DNA of 64,000 nucleotides, taken from the NCBI GenBank assembly GCA_002633005.1, contig NMRA01000819.1, positions 31,521-95,520 on the forward strand. Reading direction: 5' to 3'. How positions within the stretch are numbered: position 1 is the first letter of the stretch; each line of letters opens with the position of its first letter. The stretch comes from Phoronis australis. Lineage: Eukaryota; Animalia; Phoronida. The notes below the pieces were generated by a model. It saw nothing but the letters and a program-made list of their open reading frames with translations, did not search any database and had not been told where the DNA came from. The translations under genes were made by a program, and so were the position numbers. Below, in pieces: positions 35,601 through 47,225 of the stretch.

Positions 35601-38600
35601 CCACCAGTTGTTGTAATAAACGTGTGCTATCCCAGGGCCCGGGGCCATGCGGCTGGGTAAAGTTACAAGTTTTTGCTCGAATCACACTTCGTAATTGGGC
35701 AAATATCCCGTCTCAGGTCACATCTAAATCGTTGGTCTGTGGAGGATGAGCGCTTAACAATGGACACTTGATTTTGATACACTACCTTGCAACCTCTTCT
35801 CGGCCTTAAGGTTCTCCCGCGCCAGGTAGCACTCAGGTGCCGGTATTTCCAGTCAAATTGGGTAGAATTTTGTTAGATGCTGGTGCCTCACAAAATCATA
35901 GGTGAATTGGCGCCGTAAGCAACCATTATTGTGGAAGAGACTGTGTGTCTCACTAGTTTGAGCTCTGTTTTTCCGTTAGGCACAGAACCGAGTTCAAATC
36001 CTAGCGGCTGTCGCTGGCAAACGATCGAGCAAGATACACAAGTGTCCGATGATTCAATGAACTCCGGCCAACTAATTAGTGCAAAGGAGAGGGTGACAAC
36101 ATTGATATAATGCGAAAACGATATCTGGGGACTCTAATAATTATAAAAAACTATTGATGACCCAAAATGATAATTCCCTTGCAGTATGTGTCACCGTCAC
36201 TGTTCATGTCCCATTCGGGTCCATAGCCTACACTTCATCCGAGCGGATGTCTGGCAGTGGCTCTTACACGTTACCGAGCCTGTTGATTATGAACACGCAG
36301 CCAGTAGACGGCATTGTTTGTTATTATGTACCATCATTTTTCAGCTGATTGAACCGACAATTCTACCTTTTGTTATCATACCTGTATGACAATCCCACAT
36401 GGCCAACAATCATTTATGTTCATTTGCCCACAGCACTATAAGTGTTTTTACTCTTTATCGCTGTCCTAGTTTCCTCATCGGCAGAATCACGAACAATTTG
36501 TGTTCAAGGTCTTCTTGTTACCTACGGGGAAATTGAAGGATATTTTATTCCTAAGGCGTCAAGAAAGGTATGTGCATTTCGGTAAAACAACCACTGCCCT
36601 GCTATATGCTATAGGTATACTTATTGCGCTGTCACGATCGTCGGCTTGGCATACATGTAAAAGTGAGCATATTTTAACCTTGCATATGATTTTCAGCAAA
36701 TGACGACAACACGAGCGCCTGACAGCTGTACTTTTAAACAATACCGAACGAACGCCTTGCAGAGATGCAGTTTTAAACAATACGATACACATTCGCTTTT
36801 AAGCCTATCTTTTCGTCTTGTCTTCTCCCCTTCACACGAGAAGGGAGTTCTGACTGAGTTCAAGTCTTCGGACCACAGGATCGTCAGTGGCGGATAACAA
36901 GAATAAGGGTTCGTCATTGAGATATTGAATTTCTACAGCTTTAGGTGCTCTGCATTTATCGGTGGTTCTCGGGTACCTGCTCGTACCTCGTTGCATGATG
37001 GGCATACATGTACAGGCCGAGCAAAACAAAAATTGGCGTTATACACGCACATTTGGAACAAGTCAACTGGTTCTACACTGTCGAGTGAGNTAAACGTGTG
37101 CTATCCCAGGGCCCGGGGCCATGCGGCTGGGTAAAGTTACAAGTTTTTGGTCGAATCACACTTCGTAATTGGGCAAATATCCCGTCTCAGGTCACATCTA
37201 AATCGTTGGTCTGTGGAGGATGAGCGCTTAACAATGGACACTTGATTTTGATACACTACCTTGCAACCTCTTCTCGGCCTTAAGGTTCTCCCGCGCCAGT
37301 AGTAGCACTCAGGTGCCGGTATTTCCAGTCAAGTTGGGTAGAATTTTGTTAGATGCTGGTGCCTCACAAAATCATAGTGAATTGGCAACCTTTATTGCGG
37401 AGGAGACAGTGTGTCTCACTAGTTTGAGCTCTGTTTTTCCGTTAGGCACAGAACCGAGTTCAAATCCTAGCAGCTGTCGCTGGCACTAGACGATCGAGTA
37501 AGATACACAAGTGTCCGCTGATTCCCTGAACTCCGACCGACTAGTTAGCGCAAAGGAGAGGGTGACAACTTTGATATAATGCGAAAACGATATCTGGGGA
37601 CTCTAATAATTATAAAAAACTATTGATGACCCAAAATGATAATTCCCTTGCAGTATGTGTCACCGTCACTGTTCATGTCCCATTCGGGTCCATAGCCTAC
37701 ATATGAACACGCAGCCAGTAAACGGCATTGTTTGTTATCATGTACCATCATTTTTCAGCTGATTGAACCGACAATTCTACCTTTTGTTATCATACCTGTA
37801 TGACAATCCCACATGGCCAACAATCATTTATGTTCATTTGCCCACAGCACTATAAGTGTTTTTACTCTTTATCGCTGTCCTAGTTTCCTCATCGGCAGAA
37901 TCACGAACAATTTGTGTTCAAGGTCTTCTTGTTACCTACGAGGAAATTGAAGGATATTTTATTCCTAAGGCGTCAAGAAAGGTATGTGCATTTCGGTAAA
38001 ACAACCACTGCCCTGCTATATGCTATAGGTATACTTATTGCGCTGTCACGATCGTCGGCTTGGCATACATGTAAAAGTGAGCATATTTTAACCTTGCATA
38101 TGATTTTCAGCAAATGACGACAACACGTCGAGCGCCTGACAGCTGTACTTTTAAACAATACCGAACGAACGCCTTGCAGATATGCAGTTTTAAACAATAC
38201 GATACACATTCGCTTTTAAGCCTATCTTTTCGTCTTGTCTTCTCCCCTTCACACGAGAAGGGAGTTCTGACTGAGTTCAAGTCTTCGGACCACAGGATCG
38301 TCAGTGGCGGATGACAAGAATAAGGGTTCGTCATTGAGATATTGAATTTCTACAGCTTTAGGTGCTCTGCATTTATCGGTGGTTCTCGGGTACCTGCTCG
38401 TACCTCGTTGCATGATGGGCATACATGTACAGGCCGAGCAAAACAAAAATTGGCGTTATACACGCACATTTGGAACAAGTCAACTGGTTCTACACTGTCG
38501 AGTGAGACCTTGCGATAGCCCATAAAACCGCGTGTTTGTATTGGGGGAGTGTGTACATGTATGCAAAATTTATTATCGTCATCGACAGAGGGTTATCTCC

Positions 38601-39060
38601 TTAGAAAGGCGAATATTCGAGGCGTGGTTTATGGGGGATATTTTTATTGGTTGCTGAATGCGTGAACAGATAAAATGATTTTATATATCTCTGGGTATGA
38701 TTTTATTCACTGCTATGCAGAAAATCGCAAGGTGTGACACTGCTTGTAAGCAATAACGAGAGACCACCTGTTGATATCTGGCCCGATTAAAGGTAAGATA
38801 TAGAGGGAAATTGTGTTAGCTCTTACCACCTGAATCTCAAAATTGTCTTTAAGTTGCACACAAAAATGAGCAATCATTGTGCCAGACACAAAAATTAAAT
38901 GTGTCACGTTTGAGGAAGGTACTAATTGTTTTATCATTGAATTTTATGTTAGTTTTATTTAACACCGTGGGTTCATTTAATAAAGCGTCATGGTGGCAAT
39001 TATATATGTGTCGATATCTCACAGAACTGGACTAAAGTTAGCCTTGTTGACTGCACACTA

Positions 39061-39887
39061 GGCGTGCGTTCAGTAACGCTAGGACCTACGCTAGGACCTA
39101 AGCTAGCATCTAGCTAAAATCTAGCCAAAGTCACGTGTTCTCTTTTGAAATATATGACAATATCTCAAGTAATCTCGTGAAGTTTTGCTCTTAAGAGAGG
39201 TCCTAGCGTTAGGTGGCACTGAATAGTTAGGTTGTGGCCGTGGCCAATTTGCACTCTCAAAATGTTAAAATCTAGGGCTAGGCCAGGCTTGGGGGCATTT
39301 TTCAATTAGGTATTGTGTGTAGGCCAAGTGAATGTTTTTTTTTGTATTTGTGAACATGCTGGGAATGAAAAAAAGGCCAGTTTCTCCGGGCTGTAGCTGC
39401 ACTCTTCTTGAAGATGGTGACCGCTTGTTACAGTTGTGCATTGCTGTGTAGCAACTGAGAAATTGGCCGCGATTTCAGGTAGCCCTCAAACAAGCCAGAT
39501 TTGCAAAAAACTAGTTGGTTGACAGTACTTTTGGACCACATTTTTGGAATCGGTAGGAAATTTGCTTTCGGAATCTAATGTTGGCTTTAGTCGAGCATCG
39601 GCAGGAAAGTGGTGATTTTGGGGTGAAAAGTGTCGATTTTGCATTTTTTTGCCCTCATTTTTCTTAGTTCGGCTTGGTTTCCACTGGGAGTGAATGGGTC
39701 AAAAAAAAGAGAGAATAAAGTTTCTGTGCTCATCTGTAGGGCTTGTGATGTGAAATGACTCAAAACATTTCCTTATTTGCATGTAGTTTTGGACAAAGTG
39801 AAGAAAGGGTGAAGAGTGCGTTGACGTGTGTTCTGACAAGCAAACCCCTGTGAGAACTGTTCTGTGCCTCCTTACTGAACGGGAGGC
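39061..39887. mobile_element. Host MITE (about 190 bp) interrupted in its right TIR by a second element
   Basis: 20 bp perfect inverted repeat CGTTCAGTAACGCTAGGACC; uninterrupted copy at about 43227-43420. Confidence 0.75.
39212..39871. mobile_element. 660 bp PIF/Harbinger-like non-autonomous element (TTA TSD)
   Basis: TTA on both sides; TIR GGTGGCACTGAATAG versus GGAGGCACAGAACAG (12/15); precisely absent from the other copy (cgTTActg at about 43403-43410). Confidence 0.85.
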
Positions 39888-40118
39888 AAGAGTCTTTCTC
39901 GTGAGAAAATGAGCAAGTTATACTTTGCTCCCCGACTTCCGGTCACCATTAGCGGATATTAGAGCTTAGCCAAGCAAAATGAACAATTATAATACCACAA
40001 CCTAGAAATAATTTATGCAAATTATGTTAATAACTAGTAGTAATGAATATTTTCTCAGATATTTTTGCTCAAGTGAATTTTAACAATTTTACCGTATGTC
40101 AGATCTAATTTCTGACGC

Positions 40119-40431
40119 AGTCTTTAAATCAAAAACCGGACGATCGCCGCACAAATAAAAAAGTTCATGTTCAATTCAACGTTTCGTCTTTTCATTAGAC
40201 ATCCAGATAGAGTGAAGTGAGAGATACATCTTTGTATCTCTCACTTCACTCTATGGATGTTACCTGAGCTGTATGTTGGCACGTATTGTCCTAAATTGTT
40301 GTAAATATGATCCTGATGATGTCTAATGAAAAGACGAAACGTTGAATTGAACATGAACTTTTTTATTTGTGCGGCGATCGTCCGTTTTTGATCTTATTGT
40401 GGCCAAAAACTGATTTAATTAGTCTTTAAAT
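40119..40431 (+). mobile_element. Fold-back insert flanked by an 11 bp direct repeat, with hammerhead-like core; probable Penelope-like element pseudo-LTR fragment
   Basis: AGTCTTTAAAT at 40119 and 40421; about 75 bp inverted arms at 40128-40203 and 40318-40392; CTGATGA-T-GTCT..AGAC-GAAA at 40313-40339. Confidence 0.6.
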
Positions 40432-43226
40432 AATTTGCACGAAACAAACCCAGATAAATGTCACAAATGATTGAGTGCTTACGTACAGTGATATAATTTC
40501 TGAATAACGTATTTTTCCTGTTGTAATTTCACTACTAATGTCTGCTAACCTCGCGCTACACCAGCTGGCAGTTCTAGCAACGCTTTAAAAGTCATACCAA
40601 TGGAATTACTTGGAAGCCTAATGTTATAAAATTACATATGCCTGTTATTACCATGCCACAATACGTACGCCTGTTATAACCATATTCCACATTACAAGAC
40701 AAGTGATGTAAGCCGATAAGTTTCTGAATGAGTAACACACGGTTGTCGTTTTAAAAGTTAAAGCTCATCGCGTCAATGTCAATGGGAAAGGCTGTCTAAA
40801 GGACCATCTATATCGCCTAAAGCGTTAACACCGATAGCCGGGGTAGTAAGTACCGTGCTGTGGCGGTGATACAGTCGAGCGGATAACCCACATTCATACA
40901 GAATGATCAAGACGAGTCATAATTGCGAACGTTGATATGAAAAAGTTTCCGATAACCGCCTAATACAATGCACTCGTGTTGGCCGCTATCTTAATCCACC
41001 GATAGGCAATGTCCAATTACGTGCAATAGACAAACACCCACTTCAGTGAGCATACAGTTCTAAGGGAGTACCCCCAACTTAGTTATGGCATTCACGATTG
41101 GTTCCTCTGTCAGTTTGGCATTTTGCTCTTCAATCTATCAAAAAATTCATTTGATTTTTGCAACTTACAATCGACCTTAACTTCTTTGCTGACCCGGAAT
41201 AGAAGTTATGTGTTAGCTTTAAACGACTACTCATGCCGTAGAGTTCGGCTTATCACGGCTGGTCAACTATTTCGGCCGTCGCAACAAAGAAACGACTGAG
41301 ATGGGAATCCCGGGCACCCGCTACATACATTTGAATCCATGAATAAGAACGCGATGACTGCGTTGGTACATGGTAGGATAGAACGTATGAAAAAATAATA
41401 ACTTTATAGGTTTTTGACCCCTGACCATATGCTGTAGGGACAAGCACTTGGATGGTTAATGTCTGCTCAACAGCAGTTGCTGTTGAACAAAATCGACTGG
41501 CTTCGGCAAAAACTCCTGTCAGAGATTACAGAGTTTTTAGTTTTTTATCTATTTCTTTAACGGTTGTTGCGAGGCGGTTGCCTGGGATTTCTTTCCTCGA
41601 GCGACGGCGCCGAGATGCCGGTGTTTACATTTGGAGATTTCGTTTTTGCAATGAATATTGCCGGGTTAGCTGTTGCGTTGTGTTACCTAATGCAAGAGCC
41701 AGTGTTATTCTGAACATACGAGATGACTCAGATGAACCTTTAGAGTAGGCNNNNNNNNNNNNNNNNNNNNNNNNNNNNNNNNNNNNNNNNNNNNNNNNNN
41801 NNNNNNNNNNNNNNNNNNNNNNNNNNNNNNNNNNNNNNNNNNNNNNNNNNNNNNNNNNNNNNNNNNNNNNNNNNNNNNNNNNNNNNNNNNNNNNNNNNNN
41901 NNNNNNNNNNNNNNNNNNNNNNNNNNNNNNNNNNNNNNNNNNNNNNNNNNNNNNNNNNNNNNNNNNNNNNNNNNNNNNNNNNNNNNNNNNNNNNNNNNNN
42001 NNNNNNNNNNNNNNNNNNNNNNNNNNNNNNNNNNNNNNNNNNNNNNNNNNNNNNNNNNNNNNNNNNNNNNNNNNNNNNNNNNNNNNNNNNNNNNNNNNNN
42101 NNNNNNNNNNNNNNNNNNNNNNNNNNNNNNNNNNNNNNNNNNNNNNNNNNNNNNNNNNNNNNNNNNNNNNNNNNNNNNNNNNNNNNNNNNNNNNNNNNNN
42201 NNNNNNNNNNNNNNNNNNNNNNNNNNNNNNNNNNNNNNNNNNNNNNNNNNNNNNNNNNNNNNNNNNNNNNNNNNNNNNNNNNNNNNNNNNNNNNNNNNNN
42301 NNNNNNNNNNNNNNNNNNNNNNNNNNNNNNNNNNNNNNNNNNNNNNNNNNNNNNNNNNNNNNNNNNNNNNNNNNNNNNNNNNNNNNNNNNNNNNNNNNNN
42401 NNNNNNNNNNNNNNNNNNNNNNNNNNNNNNNNNNNNNNNNNNNNNNNNNNNNNNNNNNNNNNNNNNNNNNNNNNNNNNNNNNNNNNNNNNNNNNNNNNNN
42501 NNNNNNNNNNNNNNNNGGTGCTCTGCATTTATCGGTGGTTCTCGGGTACCTGCTCGTACCTCGTTGCATGATGGGCATACATGTACAGGCCGAGCAAAAC
42601 AAAAATTGGCGTTATACACGCACATTTGGAACAAGTCAACTGGTTCTACACTGTCGAGTGAGATCTTGCGATAGCCCATAAAACCGCGTGTTTGTAATAG
42701 GGGAGTATGTACATGTATGCAAAATTTATTATCGTCATCGACAGAGGGTTATCTCCTTAGAAAGGCGAATATTCGAGGCGTGGTTTATGGGGGATATTTT
42801 TATTGGTTGCTGAATGCGTGAACAGATAAAATGATTTTATATATCTCTGGGTATGATTTTATTCACTGCTATGCAGAAAATCGCTAGGTGTGACACTGCT
42901 TGTAAGCAATAACGAGAGACCACCTGTTGATATCTGGCCCGATTAAAGGTAAGAAATACATGTAGAGGGAAATGGTGTTTAGCAGTTCTTACCACCTGAA
43001 TCTCAAAATTGTCGTTAGGTTGCACACAAAAATGAGCAATCATTGTGCCAGACACAAAAATTAAATGTGTCACGTTTGAGGAAGGTACTAATTGTTTTAT
43101 CATTGAATTTTATGTTAGTTTTATTTAACACCGTGGGTTCATTTAATAAAGCGTCATGGTGGCAATTATATATGTGTCGATATCTCACAGAACTGGACTA
43201 AAGTTAGCCTTGTTGACTGCACACTA

Positions 43227-43420
43227 GGCGTGCGTTCAGTAACGCTAGGACCTACGCTAGAACCTACGCTAGAACCTACGCTAGGACCTAAGCTAGCATC
43301 TAGCTAAAATCTAGCCAAAGTCACGTGTTCCCTTTTGAAATGATACGACAATATCTCAAGTAATCTCGCGAAGTTTTCAGTTGCTCTTAAGAGAGGTCCT
43401 AGCGTTACTGAACGGGAGGC
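43227..43420. mobile_element. Intact (empty-site) copy of the host MITE
   Basis: TIR CGTTCAGTAACGCTAGGACC at 43233 and its reverse complement at 43395-43414; internal cctacgctag(a/g)a repeats. Confidence 0.75.
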
Positions 43421-46400
43421 AGGAGTCTTACTCGTGAGAAAATGAGCAAGTTGTACTTTGCTCCCCGACTTCCGGTCACCATTAGCGGATATTAGAGCTT
43501 AGCCAAGCAAAATGGACAATTATAATACCACAACCTAGAAATAATTTATGCAAATTATGTTAATAACTAGTAGTATAAATATTTTCTCAGATATTTTGTG
43601 AATTTTAACAATTTTATCGTATGTCAGATCTAATTTCTGACGCAGTCTTTAAATCAAAAACCGGACGATCACCGCACAAATAAAAAAGTTCGTGTTCAAT
43701 TCAACGTTTCGTCTTTTCATTAGACATCCAGATAGAGTGAAGTGAGAGATACATATTGTATGTATCTCTCACTTCACTCTATGGATGTTATCTGAGCTGA
43801 ATGTTGGCACGTATTGTCCTAAATTGTTGTAAATATGATCCTGATGATGTCTAATGAAAAGACGAAAAGTTGAATTGAACATGAACTTTTTTATTTGTGC
43901 GGCGATCGTCCGGTTTTTGATCTTATTGTGGCCAAAAACTGATTTAATTAGTCTTTAAATCATTTGCACGAAACAAACCCAGATAAATGTCACAAATGAT
44001 TGAGTGCTCACGTACACTGATATTATTTCTGAATAACGTATTTTTCCTGTTGTAATTTCACTACCAACGTCTGCTAACCTCGCGCTACACCAGCTGGCAG
44101 TTCTAGCAACGCTAAGTCATACCAATGAAATTACTTGGAAGCCTAATGTTATAAATTACATATGCCTGTTATTACCATGCCACAATACATACGCCTGTTA
44201 TAACCATATTCCACATTACAAGACAAGTGATGTAAGCCGATAAGTTTCTGAATGAGTAACTCGAGGTTGTCGTTTGAAAAGTTAAAGCTCATCGCGTCGA
44301 TGTCAATGGGAAAGGCTGTCTCGAGGACCATCTATATCGCCTAAAGCGTTAACACCGATAGCCGGGGTATTAAGTACCGTGCTGTGGCGGTGATACATTC
44401 GAGCGGTTAACCCACATTCATACAGAATGATCAAGACGAGTCATAATTGTGAACGTTGATATGAAAAAGTTTCTGATAACCGCCAAATACAATGTACTCG
44501 TGTTGGCCGCTACCTTAATCCACCGATAGGCAATACCCAATTATGTTTAATAGACAACTAACACCCACTTGAACATACAGTTCTAAGGCGATACGCCGAC
44601 TTAGTTATGGAATTCACGATTGGTTCCTCTGTCAGTTTGGCACTTTGCTCTCCAATCTATCAAAAACAATTCATTTGATTTTTGCAACTTACAATCGATC
44701 TTAACTTCTTCGCTGACCCGGAATAGCTTTAAAAGACTATTGATGCCGTTGAGTTCGGCTTATCACGGCTGGTCAACTATTTCGGCGGTCGCAACAAAGA
44801 AACGACTGAGATGGGAATCCCGGGCACCCGCTACATACATTTGAACCCATGAATAAGAAAGCGATGACTGCGTTGGTACATGGTAGGATAGAACGTATGA
44901 AAAAATAATAACTTTATAGGTTTTTGACCCCTGACCATATGCTGTAGGGACAAGCACATGGATGGTTAATGTCTGTTCAACAGCAGTTGCTGTTGAACAA
45001 AATCGACTGGCTTTGGCAAAAACTCCTGTCGGAGATTACAGAGTTTTTAGTTTTTCATCTATTTCTTTAACGGTTGTTGGGAGGCGGTTGCCTGGGACTT
45101 CTTTCCTCGAGCGACGGTGCCGAGATGCCGGTGTTCCGTCGAAGATCCAAGGATAAATGTAAATTATGTGTTCGTGTCTTTACATTTGGAGATTTCGTTT
45201 TTGCAATGAATATTGTCGGGTTAGCTGTTGCGTTGTGTTACCTAATGCAAGAGCCAGTGTTATTCTGAACATACGAGATGACTCTGATGAACCTTTAGAG
45301 TAGGCACAAGTTAGTCCAAGTTGAGCTGCACTTCATAGCAAAGATAATTTATTGCCAACATACACAAATGTTATCTGGTTATGAGCGCAGATATGAACAG
45401 CGAAACAAAGTCATCTGTTGAGTTGTTGACACGATACCAATCAAAGCATTCCATCAGTTGTTACAATGCTTGCGTGTAATGGTTGAATATGTAATTAGTA
45501 AAATGTCAACTCAGGGTACGAAACTGTTTTGTTTCAGTTGGTACCTTTACGTAGGCCTATATACACAAGTGTAGCAAACTAGTCAATGAGTCTTAGTGTC
45601 TCCCCGATTTATGCGTCGGTAATAAGCTCAAACACACCTCGTCACCGATTCCCTGATTTTATTTCAGTCGGCCGTGTACCTCAACAGTTCAGCCTGGTGT
45701 ACATGTGCGTAGACACGATTTGAAAGGCATAGTGGGTTTATCACTTGACGTTTAGATAATGAACGGGTGAGGAGGTTTACGTGAATTGAATTTGACAGTA
45801 TGATAGTAACACGACTGTTTGTTTACCAGAGGACCGTCAAACACTGGGTGTATCTAGATAGCCCACGCAAAAAGAATGATGGAATGCGCACGTAAATTCT
45901 TCTTTCAAATCTTTTTTTGTCGATAAGGGCGCATTCTTTTTTGTTTATGTAAACAACAATTCATATTTGTTCTTCGGTATTTGTGTTATTGGCAAACACC
46001 TTTTACTGAGCCGAATTTTCTTAATGGTTTCTTGTTTCCTTTCCTTGTAATTTTATAATGTAGGCCCAAGGACGTTTTTTGTTGTAACATAACTGAACGC
46101 CAACACTTTAAAGCTGTATACCGTGTGCACTCACCTAGGACGAATTTTCTGAATAGGGGTGTGTAAATTAAGGCGAACAAAAGTTCGTCGTCACCGTGTT
46201 TTCCACGGCTGGCGCTGAATCTAGCTCGAAAATTATGAACTTGCTAAAACAAAAAATAGTGGAGATGTAGATAATCAGTACTGTTATATAAAGAAACATG
46301 TTCTTTGCAACTGGAAATCATAGTGTCATTCCAAAATTAATCCCTTCGTCCACCCACCGCATCCCTGTAGTTCTGTTATAGGTGAGTGTATCCGTCACCT

Positions 46401-47029
46401 TTGGACACATCAAGCTAGGACTCAGTGATGCTGAAACTATAAAGGTCTTTTCGTCGCCATATTAGTGCGAGTACAAGTAACGGTATTCGCCAGCCTGAGG
46501 TCCACATGTAAATATTGACTTTCTAAATATTAACACTATTTTCAGCGACATTGACGAGAGAATGACCTTCATTCATGGGGTCTGCACGTCTTCTTATCTG
46601 TGACGGGCAAACACGAAGAGTGATATATTATTAAATTATAAAATGTAACAAAAGATAAGGCATCTTCAAGTAGCGCCGTTAGATATTCAGATGAGCGTCT
46701 CACTAATGACTAGTTTAAACCTACTGAACCAGTTACACACTATTAGAGCACAGGATATACCCGCCCGGCTGATCTTCTATCAGTCCATAGCACGGGGCCA
46801 CGCCGCCAACTAGTCGAGTGTCGGCGTATTTTGGCTTTTCCTTCACACCATGCTCATAAATGCTGGAATTTAGTTACAATCAATTTTAGAATGATGTTTT
46901 GAGAATTTTTTCTTCAATTTGATTACTATTAATCAAGAAATAAACGCAAAATTTAAAACATTAAATATTTTGTGTGACGTCACCAGTGCATCCGTTTTCT
47001 AGCCGCGAGCTCAACTGAGCATTTTGGAA

Positions 47030-47225
47030 AGTTGCATGTGTGGATGATACTGTAATAGCAATCGGACAGACAATATTTCAGTTTATGCATTTCTAAAAGA
47101 CCCTAAGATCGCTCAGAAATGGCACAGGTTCGTGCGTCGGACGCGGGTATAACAGCACACGGTGGAGCAAGCGATAAGTTCAGGAGCTTGTGTTCAGCTC
47201 ATTTTGTGGAATCGTTCTTTGATTC
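47030..47225 (+). pseudogene. Degraded THAP zinc-finger coding fragment (DNA transposase N-terminus relic)
   Basis: SCMCG*YCNSNRTDNISVYAFLKDPKIAQKWHRFVRRTR, then after a frameshift LCSAHFVESFF. This is the C..C, F-x-K-D, W, CSxHF THAP pattern with a stop and a frameshift. Confidence 0.75.

Noticed and set aside
41625-42679. Long ORFs of 260-325 aa (also 19304-19902 and 6836-7329)
   Set aside because: Their length comes from N runs.
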